Assembly (NCBI GenBank): GCA_964016885.1
Contig: OZ024743.1
Span: forward strand, 98,890,001 to 98,954,000
Source: Eledone cirrhosa
Taxonomy: Eukaryota
DNA: 64,000 nt
Direction of reading: 5' to 3'
Below the pieces are notes generated by a model. The model was not told where the DNA came from. It ran no database searches and was given only the letters and a program-made list of their open reading frames with translations. Each line of letters opens with the position of its first letter. The stretch's first letter is position 1. This document shows positions 42,170 through 58,839 of the stretch, in pieces. Both the position numbers and the translations under genes were made by a program.

Positions 42170-45100
42170 ACATCAACTAACTTCTGCTCTACAATCTCTA
42201 CTCTTTACAGCATACATCAACTACCTACTGCTCTACAATCTCTCCTGTTTACAGCATACATCAACTATCTCCTGCTCTACAATCTCTCCTCTTTACAGCA
42301 TACATCAACTACCTACTGCTCTACAATCTCTCCTGTTTACAGCATACATCAACTACCTCCTGCTCTACAATCTCTCCTGTTTACAACATACATCAACTAC
42401 CTTCTGCTCTACAATCTCTCCTGTTTACAGCATACATCAACTACCTTCTGCTCTACAATCTCTCCTGTTTACAGCATTCATCAACTCCCTTCTGCTCTAC
42501 AATCTCTCCTGTTTACAGCATACATCAACTCCCTTCTGCTCTACAATCTCTCCTCTTTACAGCATACATCAACTACCTTCTGCTCTACAATCTTTCCTAT
42601 TTACAGCATACATCAACTACCTTCTGCTCTACAATCTCTCCTGTTTACATCATACATCAACTACCTTCTGCTCTACAATCTCTCCTGTTTACAGCATACA
42701 CCAACTATCTTCTGTTCTACAATCTCTCCTGTTTACAACATACATCAACTACCTTCTGCTCTACAATCTCTCCTGTTTACAGCATACACCAACTATCTTC
42801 TGCTCTACAATCTCCCCTGTTTACAGCATACATCAACTTCCTTCTGCTCTACAATCTCTCCGGTTTACAACATACACCAACTATCTTCTGCTCTACAACC
42901 TCTCCTGTTTACAGCATACATCAACTACCTTCTGCTCTACAATCTCTCCGGTTTACAACATACACCAACTATCTCCTGTTTACAACATACATCAACTACC
43001 TTCTGCTCTACAATCTCTGCTGTTTACAGCATACATCAACTACCTTCTGCTCTACAATCTCCCCTGTTTACAGCATACATCAACTACCTTCTGCTCTACA
43101 ATCTCTCCTGTTTACAGCATACATCAACTAACTTCTGCTCTACAATCTCTCCTGTTTACAGCATACATCAACTAACTTCTGCTCTACAATCTCTCCTCTT
43201 TACAGCATACATCAACTACCTACTGCTCTACAATCTCTCCTGTTTACAGCATACATCAACTATCTTCTGCTCTACAATCTCTCCTCTTTACAGCATACAT
43301 CAACTACCTACTGCTCTACAATCTCTCCTGTTTACAGCATACATCAACTCCCTTCTGCTCTACAATCTCTCATGTTTACGGCATACATCAACTACCTTCT
43401 GCTCTACAATCTCTCCTCTTTACAACATACATCAACTACCTGCTGCTCTACAATCCCCCCTCTTTACAGCATACATCAACTACCTTCTGCTCTACAATCT
43501 CTCCTGTTTACAGCATACATCAACTACCTTCTGCTCTACAATCTCTCCTCTTTACAGCATACATCAACTACCTGCTGCTCTACAATCCCCCCTCTTTACA
43601 GCATACATCAACTACCTTCTGCCTTACAATCTCTCCTGTTTACAGCATACATCAACTAACTTCTGCTCTACAATCTCTCCTCTTTACAGCATACATCAAC
43701 TACCTTCTGCCTTACAATCTCTCCTGTTTACAGCATACATCAACTAACTTCTGCTCTACAATCTCTCCTCTTTACAGCATACATCAACTACCTACTGCTC
43801 TACAATCTCTCCTCTTTACAGCATACATCAACTACCTACTGCTCTACAATCTCTCCTGTTTACAGCATACATCAACTCCCTTCTGCTCTACATCTCTCCT
43901 GTTTACAGCATACATCAACTACCTACTGCTCTACAATCGCTCCTGTTTACAGCTTACATCAACTATCTCCTGCTCTACAATCTCTCCTCTTTACAGCATA
44001 CATCAACTACCTTCTGTTCTACAATCTCTCCTGTTTACAGCATACATCAACTCCCTTCTGCACTACAATCACTCCTGTTTACAGCATACATCAACTACCT
44101 TCTGCTCCACAATCTCTCCTGTTTACAACATACATCAACTATCTTCTGCTCTACAATCTCTCCTGTTTACAACATACATCAACTACCTTCTGCTCTACAA
44201 TCTCTCCTCTTTACAGCATACATCAACTACCTTCTGCTCTACAATCTCTCCTCTTTACAGCATACATCAACTACCTACTGCTCTACAATCTCTCCTCTTT
44301 ACAGCATACATCAACTACCTTCTGCTCTACAATCTCTCCTGTTTACAACATACATAAACTACCTTCTGCTGTACAATCTCTCCTCTTTACAGCATACATC
44401 AACTACCTTCTGCTCTACAATCTCTCTTCTTTACAGCATACATCAACTACCTTCTGCTCTACAATCTCTCCTGTTTATAGCATACATCAACTACCTTCTG
44501 CTCTACAATCTCTCCTCTTTACAACATACATCAACTACCTGCTGCTCTACAATCCCCCCTCTTTACAGCATACATCAACTACCTTCTGCTCTACAATCTC
44601 TCCTCTTTACAACATACATCAACTACCTGCTGCTCTACAATCCCCCCTCTTTACAGCATACATCAACTACCTTCTGCTCTACAATCTCTCCTGTTTACAG
44701 CATACATCAACTACCTTCTGCTCTACAATCTCTCCTCTTTACAGCATACATCAACTACCTGCTGCTCTACAATCCCCCCTCTTTACAGCATACATCAACT
44801 ACCTTCTGCCTTACAATCTCTCCTGTTTACAGCATACATCAACTAATTTCTGCTCTACAATCTCTACTCTTTACAGCATACATCAACTACCTACTGCTCT
44901 ACAATCTCTCCTGTTTACAGCATACATCAACTATCTCCTGCTCTACAATCTCTCCTCTTTACAGCATACATCAACTACCTACTGCTCTACAATCTCTCCT
45001 GTTTACAGCATACATCAACTACCTCCTGCTCTACAATCTCTCCTGTTTACAACATACATCAACTACCTTCTGCTCTACAATCTCTCCTGTTTACAGCATA

Positions 45101-48100
45101 CATCAACTACCTTCTGCTCTACAATCTCTCCTGTTTACAGCATACATCAACTCCCTTCTGCTCTACAATCTCTCCTGTTTACAGCATACATCAACTCCCT
45201 TCTGCTCTACAATCTCTCCTCTTTACAGCATACATCAACTACCTTCTGCTCTACAATCTCTGCTGTTTACAGCATACATCAACTACCTTCTGCTCTACAA
45301 TCTCTCCTGTTTCCATCATACATCAACTACCTTCTGCTCTACAATCTCTCCTGTTTACAGCATACACCAACTATCTTCTGTTCTACAATCTCTCCTGTTT
45401 ACAACATACATCAACTACCTTCTGCTCTACAATCTCTCCTGTTTACAGCATACACCAACTATCTTCTGCTCTACAACCTCTCCTGTTTACAGCATACATC
45501 AACTACCTTCTGCTCTACAATCTCTCCGGTTTACAACATACACCAACTATCTCCTGTTTACAACATACATCAACTACCTTCTGCTCTACAATCTTTCCTG
45601 TTTACAGCATACATCAACTACCTGCTGCTCTAGAATCCCCCCTCTTTACAGCATACGTCAACTACCTTCTGCTCTACAATCTCCCCTGTTTACAGCATAC
45701 ATCAACTACCTTCTGCTCTACAATCTCTCCTGTTTACAGCATACATCAACTAACTTCTGCTCTACAATCTCTCCTGTTTACAGCATACATCAACTAACTT
45801 CTGCTCTACAATCTCTCCTCTTTACAGCATACATCAACTACCTACTGCTCTACAATCTCTCCTGTTTACAGCATACATCAACTATCTCCTGCTCTACAAT
45901 CTCTCCTCTTTACAGCATACATCAACTACCTACTGCTCTACAATCTCTCCTGTTTACAGCATACATCAACTCCCTTCTGCTCTACAGTCTCTCCTGTTTA
46001 CAGCATACATCAACTACCTTCTGCTCTACAATCTCTCCTCTTTACAACATACATCAACTACCTGCTGCTCTACAATCCCCCCTCTTTACAGCATACATCA
46101 ACTACCTTCTGCTCTACAATCTCTCCTCTTTACAGCATACATCAACTACCTACTGCTCTACAATCTCTCCTGTTTACAGCATACATCAACTCCCTTCTGC
46201 TCTACAACCTCTCCTGTTTACAGCATACATCAACTACCTACTGCTCTACAATCGCTCCTGTTTACAGCTTACATCAACTATCTCCTGCTCTACAATCTCT
46301 CCTCTTTACAGCATACATCAACTACCTCCTGCTCTACAACCTCTCCTGTTTACAGCTTACATCAACTATCTTCTGCTCTACAATCTCTCCTCTTTACAGC
46401 ATACATCAACTATCTTCTGCTCTACAATCTCTCCTCTTTACAGCATACATCAACTCCCTTCTGCACTACAATCACTCCTGTTTACAGCATACATCAACTA
46501 ACTTCTGCTCTACAATCTCTACTCTTTACAGCATAAATCAACTACCTACTGCTCTACAATCTCTCCTGTTTACAGCATACATCAACTATCTCCTGCTCTA
46601 CAATCTCTCCTCTTTACAGCATACATCAACTACCTACTGCTCTACAATCTCTCCTGTTTACAGCATACATCAACTACCTCCTGCTCTACAATCTCTCCTG
46701 TTTACAACATACATCAACTACCTTCTGCTCTACAATCTCTCCTGTTTACAGCATACATCAACTACCTTCTGCTCTACAATCTCTCCTGTTTACAGCATTC
46801 ATCAACTCCCTTCTGCTCTACAATCTCTCCTGTTTACAGCATACATCAACTCCCTTCTGCTCTACAATCTCTCCTCTTTACAGCATACATCAACTACCTT
46901 CTGCTCTACAATCTTTCCTATTTACAGCATACATCAACTACCTTCTGCTCTACAATCTCTCCTGTTTACATCATACATCAACTACCTTCTGCTCTACAAT
47001 CTCTCCTGTTTACAGCATACACCAACTATCTTCTGTTCTACAATCTCTCCTGTTTACAACATACATCAACTACCTTCTGCTCTACAATCTCTCCTGTTTA
47101 CAGCATACACCAACTATCTTCTGCTCTACAATCTCCCCTGTTTACAGCATACATCAACTTCCTTCTGCTCTACAATCTCTCCGGTTTACAACATACACCA
47201 ACTATCTTCTGCTCTACAACCTCTCCTGTTTACAGCATACATCAACTACCTTCTGCTCTACAATCTCTCCGGTTTACAACATACACCAACTATCTCCTGT
47301 TTACAACATACATCAACTACCTTCTGCTCTACAATCTCTGCTGTTTACAGCATACATCAACTACCTTCTGCTCTACAATCTCCCCTGTTTACAGCATACA
47401 TCAACTACCTTCTGCTCTACAATCTCTCCTGTTTACAGCATACATCAACTAACTTCTGCTCTACAATCTCTCCTGTTTACAGCATACATCAACTAACTTC
47501 TGCTCTACAATCTCTCCTCTTTACAGCATACATCAACTACCTACTGCTCTACAATCTCTCCTGTTTACAGCATACATCAACTATCTTCTGCTCTACAATC
47601 TCTCCTCTTTACAGCATACATCAACTACCTACTGCTCTACAATCTCTCCTGTTTACAGCATACATCAACTCCCTTCTGCTCTACAATCTCTCATGTTTAC
47701 GGCATACATCAACTACCTTCTGCTCTACAATCTCTCCTCTTTACAACATACATCAACTACCTGCTGCTCTACAATCCCCCCTCTTTACAGCATACATCAA
47801 CTACCTTCTGCTCTACAATCTCTCCTGTTTACAGCATACATCAACTACCTTCTGCTCTACAATCTCTCCTCTTTACAGCATACATCAACTACCTGCTGCT
47901 CTACAATCCCCCCTCTTTACAGCATACATCAACTACCTTCTGCCTTACAATCTCTCCTGTTTACAGCATACATCAACTAACTTCTGCTCTACAATCTCTC
48001 CTCTTTACAGCATACATCAACTACCTTCTGCCTTACAATCTCTCCTGTTTACAGCATACATCAACTAACTTCTGCTCTACAATCTCTCCTCTTTACAGCA

Positions 48101-51100
48101 TACATCAACTACCTACTGCTCTACAATCTCTCCTCTTTACAGCATACATCAACTACCTACTGCTCTACAATCTCTCCTGTTTACAGCATACATCAACTCC
48201 CTTCTGCTCTACATCTCTCCTCTTTACAGCATACATCAACTACCTACTGCTCTACAATCTCTCCTCTTTACAGCATACATCAACTCCCTTCTGCACTACA
48301 ATCACTCCTGTTTACAGCATACATCAACTACCTTCTGCTCCACAATCTCTCCTGTTTACAACATACATCAACTATCTTCTGCTCTACAATCTCTCCTGTT
48401 TACAACATACATCAACTACCTTCTGCTCTACAATCTCTCCTCTTTACAGCATACATCAACTACCTTCTGCTCTACAATCTCTCCTCTTTACAGCATACAT
48501 CAACTACCTACTGCTCTACAATCTCTCCTCTTTACAGCATACATCAACTATCTTCTGCTCTACAATCTCTCCTCTTTACAACATACATCAACTACCTCCT
48601 GCTCTACAATCTCTCCTGTTTACAACATACATCAACTATCTTCTGCTCTACAATCTTTCCTGTTTACAGCATACATCAACTACCTGCTGCTCTACAACCT
48701 CTCCTGTTTACAGCATACATCAACTACCTTCTGTTCTACAATCTCTCCTGTTTACAACATACATCAACTACCTTCTGCTCTACAATCTCTCCTGTTTACA
48801 ACATACATCAACTATCTTCTGCTCTACAATCTCTCCTGTTTACAACATACATCAACTACCTTCTGCTCTACAATCTCTCCTGTTTACAACATACATCAAC
48901 TACCTTCTGTTCTACAATCTCTCCTCTTTACAGCATACATCAACTACCTTCTGCTCAACAATCTCTCCTGTTTACAGCATACATCAACTACCTTCTGCTC
49001 TACAATCTCTCCTGTTTACAGCATACATCAACTACTTTCTGCTCTCCAATCTCTCCTGTTTACAACATACATAAACTACCTTCTGCTGTACAATCTCTCC
49101 TCTTTACAGCATACATCAACTACCTTCTGTTCTACAATCTCTCCTCTTTACAGCATACATCAACTACCTTCTGCTCTACAACCTCTCCTGTTTACAGCAT
49201 ACATCAACTACCTTCTGCTCTACAACCTCTCCTGTTTACAGCATACATCAACTACCTTCTGCTCTACAATCTCTCCTCTTTACAGCATACATCAACTACC
49301 TACTGCTCTACAATCTCTCCTGTTTACAGCATACATCAACTATCTTCTGCTCTACAATCTCTCCTCTTTACAGCATACATCAACTACCTACTGCTCTACA
49401 ATCTCTCCTGTTTACAGCATACATCAACTCCCTTCTGCTCTACAATCTCTCATGTTTACGGCATACATCAACTACCTTCTGCTCTACAATCTCTCCTCTT
49501 TACAACATACATCAACTACCTGCTGCTCTACAATCCCCCCTCTTTACAGCATACATCAACTACCTTCTGCTCTACAATCTCTCCTGTTTACAGCATACAT
49601 CAACTACCTTCTGCTCTACAATCTCTCCTCTTTACAGCATACATCAACTACCTGCTGCTCTACAATCCCCCCTCTTTACAGCATACATCAACTACCTTCT
49701 GCCTTACAATCTCTCCTGTTTACAGCATACATCAACTAACTTCTGCTCTACAATCTCTCCTCTTTACAGCATACATCAACTACCTTCTGCCTTACAATCT
49801 CTCCTGTTTACAGCATACATCAACTAACTTCTGCTCTACAATCTCTCCTCTTTACAGCATACATCAACTACCTACTGCTCTACAATCTCTCCTCTTTACA
49901 GCATACATCAACTACCTACTGCTCTACAATCTCTCCTGTTTACAGCATACATCAACTCCCTTCTGCTCTACATCTCTCCTGTTTACAGCATACATCAACT
50001 ACCTACTGCTCTACAATCGCTCCTGTTTACAGCTTACATCAACTATCTCCTGCTCTACAATCTCTCCTCTTTACAGCATACATCAACTACCTTCTGTTCT
50101 ACAATCTCTCCTGTTTACAGCATACATCAACTCCCTTCTGCACTACAATCACTCCTGTTTACAGCATACATCAACTACCTTCTGCTCCACAATCTCTCCT
50201 GTTTACAACATACATCAACTATCTTCTGCTCTACAATCTCTCCTGTTTACAACATACATCAACTACCTTCTGCTCTACAATCTCTCCTCTTTACAGCATA
50301 CATCAACTACCTTCTGCTCTACAATCTCTCCTCTTTACAGCATACATCAACTACCTACTGCTCTACAATCTCTCCTCTTTACAGCATACATCAACTATCT
50401 TCTGCTCTACAATCTCTCCTCTTTACAACATACATCAACTACCTCCTGCTCTACAATCTCTCCTGTTTACAACATACATCAACTATCTTCTGCTCTACAA
50501 TCTTTCCTGTTTACAGCATACATCAACTACCTGCTGCTCTACAACCTCTCCTGTTTACAGCATACATCAACTACCTTCTGTTCTACAATCTCTCCTGTTT
50601 ACAACATACATCAACTACCTTCTGCTCTACAATCTCTCCTGTTTACAACATACATCAACTATCTTCTGCTCTACAATCTCTCCTGTTTACAACATACATC
50701 AACTACCTTCTGCTCTACAATCTCTCCTGTTTACAACATACATCAACTACCTTCTGTTCTACAATCTCTCCTCTTTACAGCATACATCAACTACCTTCTG
50801 CTCAACAATCTCTCCTGTTTACAGCATACATCAACTACCTTCTGCTCTACAATCTCTCCTGTTTACAGCATACATCAACTACTTTCTGCTCTCCAATCTC
50901 TCCTGTTTACAACATACATAAACTACCTTCTGCTGTACAATCTCTCCTCTTTACAGCATACATCAACTACCTTCTGTTCTACAATCTCTCCTCTTTACAG
51001 CATACATCAACTACCTTCTGCTCTACAACCTCTCCTGTTTACAGCATACATCAACTACCTTCTGTTCTACAATCTCTCCTGTTTACAGCATACATCAACT

Positions 51101-54100
51101 ACCTTCTGTTCTACAATCTCTACTGTATACAACATACATCAACTATCTTCTGTTCTACAATCTCTCCTGTTTACAACATACATCAACTACCTTCTGCTCT
51201 ACAATCTCTCCTGTTTACAACATACATCAACTACCTTCTGTTCTACAATCTCTCCTCTTTACAGCATACATCAACTACCTTCTGCTCTACAATCTCTCCT
51301 GTTTACAGCATACATCAACTAGCTTCTGCTCTACAATCTCTCCTGTTTACAGCATACATCAACTACCTTCTGCTCTACAATCTCTCCTGTTTACAACATA
51401 CATAAACTACCTTCTGCTGTACAATCTCTCCTCTTTACAGCATACATCAACTACCTTCTGCTCTACAATCTCTCTTCTTTACAGCATACATCAACTACCT
51501 TCTGCTCTACAATCTCTCCTGTTTATAGCATACATCAACTACCTTCTGCTCTACAATCTCTCCTCTTTACAACATACATCAACTACCTGCTGCTCTACAA
51601 TCCCCCCTCTTTACAGCATACATCAACTACCTTCTGCTCTACAATCTCTCCTCTTTACAACATACATCAACTACCTGCTGCTCTACAATCCCCCCTCTTT
51701 ACAGCATACATCAACTACCTTCTGCTCTACAATCTCTCCTGTTTACAGCATACATCAACTACCTTCTGCTCTACAATCTCTCCTCTTTACAGCATACATC
51801 AACTACCTGCTGCTCTACAATCCCCCCTCTTTACAGCATACATCAACTACCTTCTGCCTTACAATCTCTCCTGTTTACAGCATACATCAACTAATTTCTG
51901 CTCTACAATCTCTACTCTTTACAGCATACATCAACTACCTACTGCTCTACAATCTCTCCTGTTTACAGCATACATCAACTATCTCCTGCTCTACAATCTC
52001 TCCTCTTTACAGCATACATCAACTACCTACTGCTCTACAATCTCTCCTGTTTACAGCATACATCAACTACCTCCTGCTCTACAATCTCTCCTGTTTACAA
52101 CATACATCAACTACCTTCTGCTCTACAATCTCTCCTGTTTACAGCATACATCAACTACCTTCTGCTCTACAATCTCTCCTGTTTACAGCATACATCAACT
52201 CCCTTCTGCTCTACAATCTCTCCTGTTTACAGCATACATCAACTCCCTTCTGCTCTACAATCTCTCCTCTTTACAGCATACATCAACTACCTTCTGCTCT
52301 ACAATCTCTGCTGTTTACAGCATACATCAACTACCTTCTGCTCTACAATCTCTCCTGTTTCCATCATACATCAACTACCTTCTGCTCTACAATCTCTCCT
52401 GTTTACAGCATACACCAACTATCTTCTGTTCTACAATCTCTCCTGTTTACAACATACATCAACTACCTTCTGCTCTACAATCTCTCCTGTTTACAGCATA
52501 CACCAACTATCTTCTGCTCTACAACCTCTCCTGTTTACAGCATACATCAACTACCTTCTGCTCTACAATCTCTCCGGTTTACAACATACACCAACTATCT
52601 CCTGTTTACAACATACATCAACTACCTTCTGCTCTACAATCTTTCCTGTTTACAGCATACATCAACTACCTGCTGCTCTAGAATCCCCCCTCTTTACAGC
52701 ATACGTCAACTACCTTCTGCTCTACAATCTCCCCTGTTTACAGCATACATCAACTACCTTCTGCTCTACAATCTCTCCTGTTTACAGCATACATCAACTA
52801 ACTTCTGCTCTACAATCTCTCCTGTTTACAGCATACATCAACTAACTTCTGCTCTACAATCTCTCCTCTTTACAGCATACATCAACTACCTACTGCTCTA
52901 CAATCTCTCCTGTTTACAGCATACATCAACTATCTCCTGCTCTACAATCTCTCCTCTTTACAGCATACATCAACTACCTACTGCTCTACAATCTCTCCTG
53001 TTTACAGCATACATCAACTCCCTTCTGCTCTACAGTCTCTCCTGTTTACAGCATACATCAACTACCTTCTGCTCTACAATCTCTCCTCTTTACAACATAC
53101 ATCAACTACCTGCTGCTCTACAATCCCCCCTCTTTACAGCATACATCAACTACCTTCTGCTCTACAATCTCTCCTCTTTACAGCATACATCAACTACCTA
53201 CTGCTCTACAATCTCTCCTGTTTACAGCATACATCAACTCCCTTCTGCTCTACAACCTCTCCTGTTTACAGCATACATCAACTACCTACTGCTCTACAAT
53301 CGCTCCTGTTTACAGCTTACATCAACTATCTCCTGCTCTACAATCTCTCCTCTTTACAGCATACATCAACTACCTCCTGCTCTACAATCTCTCCTGTTTA
53401 CAGCATACATCAACTACCTTCTGTTCTACAATCTCTCCTGTTTACAGCTTACATCAACTATCTTCTGCTCTACAATCTCTCCTCTTTACAGCATACATCA
53501 ACTATCTTCTGCTCTACAATCTCTCCTCTTTACAGCATACATCAACTCCCTTCTGCACTACAATCACTCCTGTTTACAGCATACATCAACTACCTTCTGC
53601 TCCACAATCTCTCCTGTTTACAACATACATCAACTATCTTCTGCTCTACAATCTCTCCTGTTTACAACATACATCAACTACCTACTGCTCTACAATCTCT
53701 CCTCTTTACAGCATACATCAACTATCTTCTGCTCTACAATCTCTCCTCTTTACAACATACATCAACTACCTCCTGCTCTACAATCTCTCCTGTTTACAAC
53801 ATACATCAACTATCTTCTGCTCTACAATCTTTCCTGTTTACAGCATACATCAACTACCTGCTGCTCTACAACCTCTCCTGTTTACAGCATACATCAACTA
53901 CCTTCTGTTCTACAATCTCTCCTGTTTACAACATACATCAACTACCTTCTGCTCTACAATCTCTCCTGTTTACAACATACATCAACTACCTTCTGTTCTA
54001 CAATCTCTCCTCTTTACAGCATACATCAACTACCTTCTGCTCAACAATCTCTCCTGTTTACAGCATACATCAACTACCTTCTGCTCTACAATCTCTCCTG

Positions 54101-56250
54101 TTTACAGCATACATCAACTACTTTCTGCTCTACAATCTCTCCTGTTTACAACATACATAAACTACCTTCTGCTGTACAATCTCTCCTCTTTACAGCATAC
54201 ATCAACTACCTTCTGTTCTACAATCTCTCCTCTTTACAGCATACATCAACTACCTTCTGCTCTACAACCTCTCCTGTTTACAGCATACATCAACTACCTT
54301 CTGTTCTACAATCTCTCCTGTTTACAGCATACATCAACTACCTTCTGTTCTACAATCTCTACTGTTTACAACATACATCAACTATCTTCTGTTCTACAAT
54401 CTCTCCTGTTTACAACATACATCAACTACCTTCTGCTCTACAATCTCTCCTGTTTACAACATACATCAACTACCTTCTGTTCTACAATCTCTCCTCTTTA
54501 CAGCATACATCAACTACCTTCTGCTCTACAATCTCTCCTGTTTACAGCATACATCAACTAGCTTCTGCTCTACAATCTCTCCTGTTTACAGCATACATCA
54601 ACTACCTTCTGCTCTACAATCTCTCCTGTTTACAACATACATAAACTACCTTCTGCTGTACAATCTCTCCTCTTTACAGCATACATCAACTACCTTCTGC
54701 TCTACAATCTCTCTTCTTTACAGCATACATCAACTACCTTCTGCTCTACAATCTCTCCTGTTTATAGCATACATCAACTACCTTCTGCTCTACAATCTCT
54801 CCTCTTTACAACATACATCAACTACCTGCTGCTCTACAATCCCCCCTCTTTACAGCATACATCAACTACCTTCTGCTCTACAATCTCTCCTTTTTACAGC
54901 ATACATCAACTACCTTCTGCTCTACAATCTCTCCTCTTTACAACATACATCAACTACCTGCTGCTCCACAATCCCCCCTCTTTACAGCATACATCAACTA
55001 CCTTCTGCTCTACAATCTCTCCTGTTTACAGCATACATCAACTACCTTCTGCTCTACAATCTCTCCTCTTTACAGCATACATCAACTACCTGCTGCTCTA
55101 CAATCCCCCCTCTTTACAGCATACATCAACTACCTTCTGCCTTACAATCTCTCCTGTTTACAGCATACATCAACTAATTTCTGCTCTACAATCTCTACTC
55201 TTTACAGCATACATCAACTACCTACTGCTCTACAATCTCTCCTGTTTACAGCATACATCAACTATCTCCTGCTCTACAATCTCTCCTCTTTACAGCATAC
55301 ATCAACTACCTACTGCTCTACAATCTCTCCTGTTTACAGCATACATCAACTACCTCCTGCTCTACAATCTCTCCTGTTTACAACATACATCAACTACCTT
55401 CTGCTCTACAATCTCTCCTGTTTACAGCATACATCAACTACCTTCTGCTCTACAATCTCTCCTGTTTACAGCATACATCAACTCCCTTCTGCTCTACAAT
55501 CTCTCCTGTTTACAGCATACATCAACTCCCTTCTGCTCTACAATCTCTCCTCTTTACAGCATACATCAACTACCTTCTGCTCTACAATCTCTGCTGTTTA
55601 CAGCATACATCAACTACCTTCTGCTCTACAATCTCTCCTGTTTCCATCATACATCAACTACCTTCTGCTCTACAATCTCTCCTGTTTACAGCATACACCA
55701 ACTATCTTCTGTTCTACAATCTCTCCTGTTTACAACATACATCAACTACCTTCTGCTCTACAATCTCTCCTGTTTACAGCATACACCAACTATCTTCTGC
55801 TCTACAACCTCTCCTGTTTACAGCATACATCAACTACCTTCTGCTCTACAATCTCTCCGGTTTACAACATACACCAACTATCTCCTGTTTACAACATACA
55901 TCAACTACCTTCTGCTCTACAATCTTTCCTGTTTACAGCATACATCAACTACCTGCTGCTCTAGAATCCCCCCTCTTTACAGCATACATCAACTACCTTC
56001 TGCTCTACAATCTCCCCTGTTTACAGCATACATCAACTACCTTCTGCTCTACAATTTCTCCTGTTTACAGCATACATCAACTAACTTCTGCTCTACAATC
56101 TCTCCTGTTTACAGCATACATCAACTAACTTCTGCTCTACAATCTCTCCTCTTTACAGCATACATCAACTACCTACTGCTCTACAATCTCTCCTGTTTAC
56201 AGCATACATCAACTATCTCCTGCTCTACAATCTCTCCTCTTTACAACATA
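42170..56250. repeat. Patchwork of 1-2-kb block copies (offsets 4321, 1759, 7048, 3283)
   Basis: The CATGTTTACGG marker occurs at 43371/47692/49451, the 43-bp monomer at ~43891/48211/49971, and TAGAATCCCC with its G at 45633/52681/55964. 4321 = 97x44 + 2x27 - 1; 1759 = 40x44 - 1; 3283 = 74x44 + 27. Confidence 0.82.
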
Positions 56251-58154
56251 CATCAACTACCTGCTGCTCTACAATCCCCCCTCTTTACAGCATACATCAA
56301 CTACCTTCTGCTCTACAATCTCTCCTGTTTACAGCATACATCAACTATCTCCTGCTCTACAATCTCTCCTCTTTACAACATACATCAACTACCTGCTGCT
56401 CTACAATCCCCCCTCTTTACAGCATACATCAACTACCTTCTGCCTTACAATCTCTCCTGTTTACAGCATACATCAACTAACTTCTGCTCTACAATCTCTA
56501 CTCTTTACAGCATACATCAACTACCTACTGCTCTACAATCTCTCCTGTTTACAGCATACATCAACTATCTCCTGCTCTACAATCTCTCCTCTTTACAGCA
56601 TACATCAACTACCTACTGCTCTACAATCTCTCCTGTTTACAGCATACATCAACTACCTCCTGCTCTACAATCTCTCCTGTTTACAACATACATCAACTAC
56701 CTTCTGCTCTACAATCTCTCCTGTTTACAGCATACATCAACTACCTTCTGCTCTACAATCTCTCCTGTTTACAGCATACATCAACTCCCTTCTGCTCTAC
56801 AATCTCTCCTGTTTACAGCATACATCAACTCCCTTCTGCTCTACAATCTCTCCTCTTTACAGCATACATCAACTACCTTCTGCTCTACAATCTCTGCTGT
56901 TTACAGCATACATCAACTACCTTCTGCTCTACAATCTCTCCTGTTTACATCATACATCAACTACCTTCTGCTCTACAATCTCTCCTGTTTACAGCATACA
57001 CCAACTATCTTCTGTTCTACAATCTCTCCTGTTTACAACATACATCAACTACCTGCTGCTCTACAATCCCCCCTCTTTACAGCATACATCAACTACCTTC
57101 TGCTCTACAATCTCCCCTGTTTACAGCATACATCAACTACCTTCTGCTCTACAATTTCTCCTGTTTACAGCATACATCAACTAACTTCTGCTCTACAATC
57201 TCTCCTGTTTACAGCATACATCAACTAACTTCTGCTCTACAATCTCTCCTCTTTACAGCATACATCAACTACCTACTGCTCTACAATCTCTCCTGTTTAC
57301 AGCATACATCAACTATCTCCTGCTCTACAATCTCTCCTCTTTACAACATACATCAACTACCTGCTGCTCTACAATCCCCCCTCTTTACAGCATACATCAA
57401 CTACCTTCTGCTCTACAATCTCTCCTGTTTACAGCATACATCAACTATCTCCTGCTCTACAATCTCTCCTCTTTACAACATACATCAACTACCTGCTGCT
57501 CTACAATCCCCCCTCTTTACAGCATACATCAACTACCTTCTGCCTTACAATCTCTCCTGTTTACAGCATACATCAACTAACTTCTGCTCTACAATCTCTA
57601 CTCTTTACAGCATACATCAACTACCTACTGCTCTACAATCTCTCCTGTTTACAGCATACATCAACTATCTCCTGCTCTACAATCTCTCCTCTTTACAGCA
57701 TACATCAACTACCTACTGCTCTACAATCTCTCCTGTTTACAGCATACATCAACTACCTCCTGCTCTACAATCTCTCCTGTTTACAACATACATCAACTAC
57801 CTTCTGCTCTACAATCTCTCCTGTTTACAGCATACATCAACTACCTTCTGCTCTACAATCTCTCCTGTTTACAGCATACATCAACTCCCTTCTGCTCTAC
57901 AATCTCTCCTGTTTACAGCATACATCAACTCCCTTCTGCTCTACAATCTCTCCTCTTTACAGCATACATCAACTACCTTCTGCTCTACAATCTCTGCTGT
58001 TTACAGCATACATCAACTACCTTCTGCTCTACAATCTCTCCTGTTTACATCATACATCAACTACCTTCTGCTCTACAATCTCTCCTGTTTACAGCATACA
58101 CCAACTATCTTCTGTTCTACAATCTCTCCTGTTTACAACATACATCAACTACCT
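55965..58154. repeat. Tandem duplication of a 1100-bp (25-monomer) unit
   Basis: ACAATTTCTC occurs at 56051/57151 and the variant order is the same in both copies. Identity breaks at 55964/57064 and 57055/58155. Confidence 0.88.
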
Positions 58155-58839
58155 TCTGCTCTACAATCTCTCCTGTTTACAGCATACACCAACTATCTTC
58201 TGCTCTACAATCTCTCCGGTTTACAACATACACCAACTATCTTCTGCTCTACAACCTCTCCTGTTTACAACATACATCAACTACCTTCTGCTCTACAATC
58301 TTTCCTGTTTACAGCATACATCAACTACCTTCTGCTCTACAATCTCTCCGGTTTACAACATACACCAACTATCTCCTGTTTACAACATACATCAACTACC
58401 TTCTGCTCTACAATCTTTCCTGTTTACAGCATACATCAACTACCTGCTGCTCTACAATCCCCCCTCTTTACAGCATACATCAACTACCTTCTGCTCTACA
58501 ATCTCTGCTGTTTACAGCATACATCAACTACCTTCTGCTCTACAATCTCCCCTGTTTACAGCATACATCAACTACCTTCTGCTCTACAATCTCTCCTGTT
58601 TACAGCATACATCAAGTAACTTCTGCTCTACAATCTCTCCTCTTTACAGCATACATCAACTACCTACTGCTCTACAATCTCTCCTGTTTACAGCATACAT
58701 CAACTATCTTCTGCTCTACAATCTCTCCTCTTTACAGCATACATCAACTACCTACTGCTCTACAATCTCTCCTGTTTACAGCATACATCAACTACCTCCT
58801 GCTCTACAATCTCTCCTGTTTACAACATACATCAACTAC

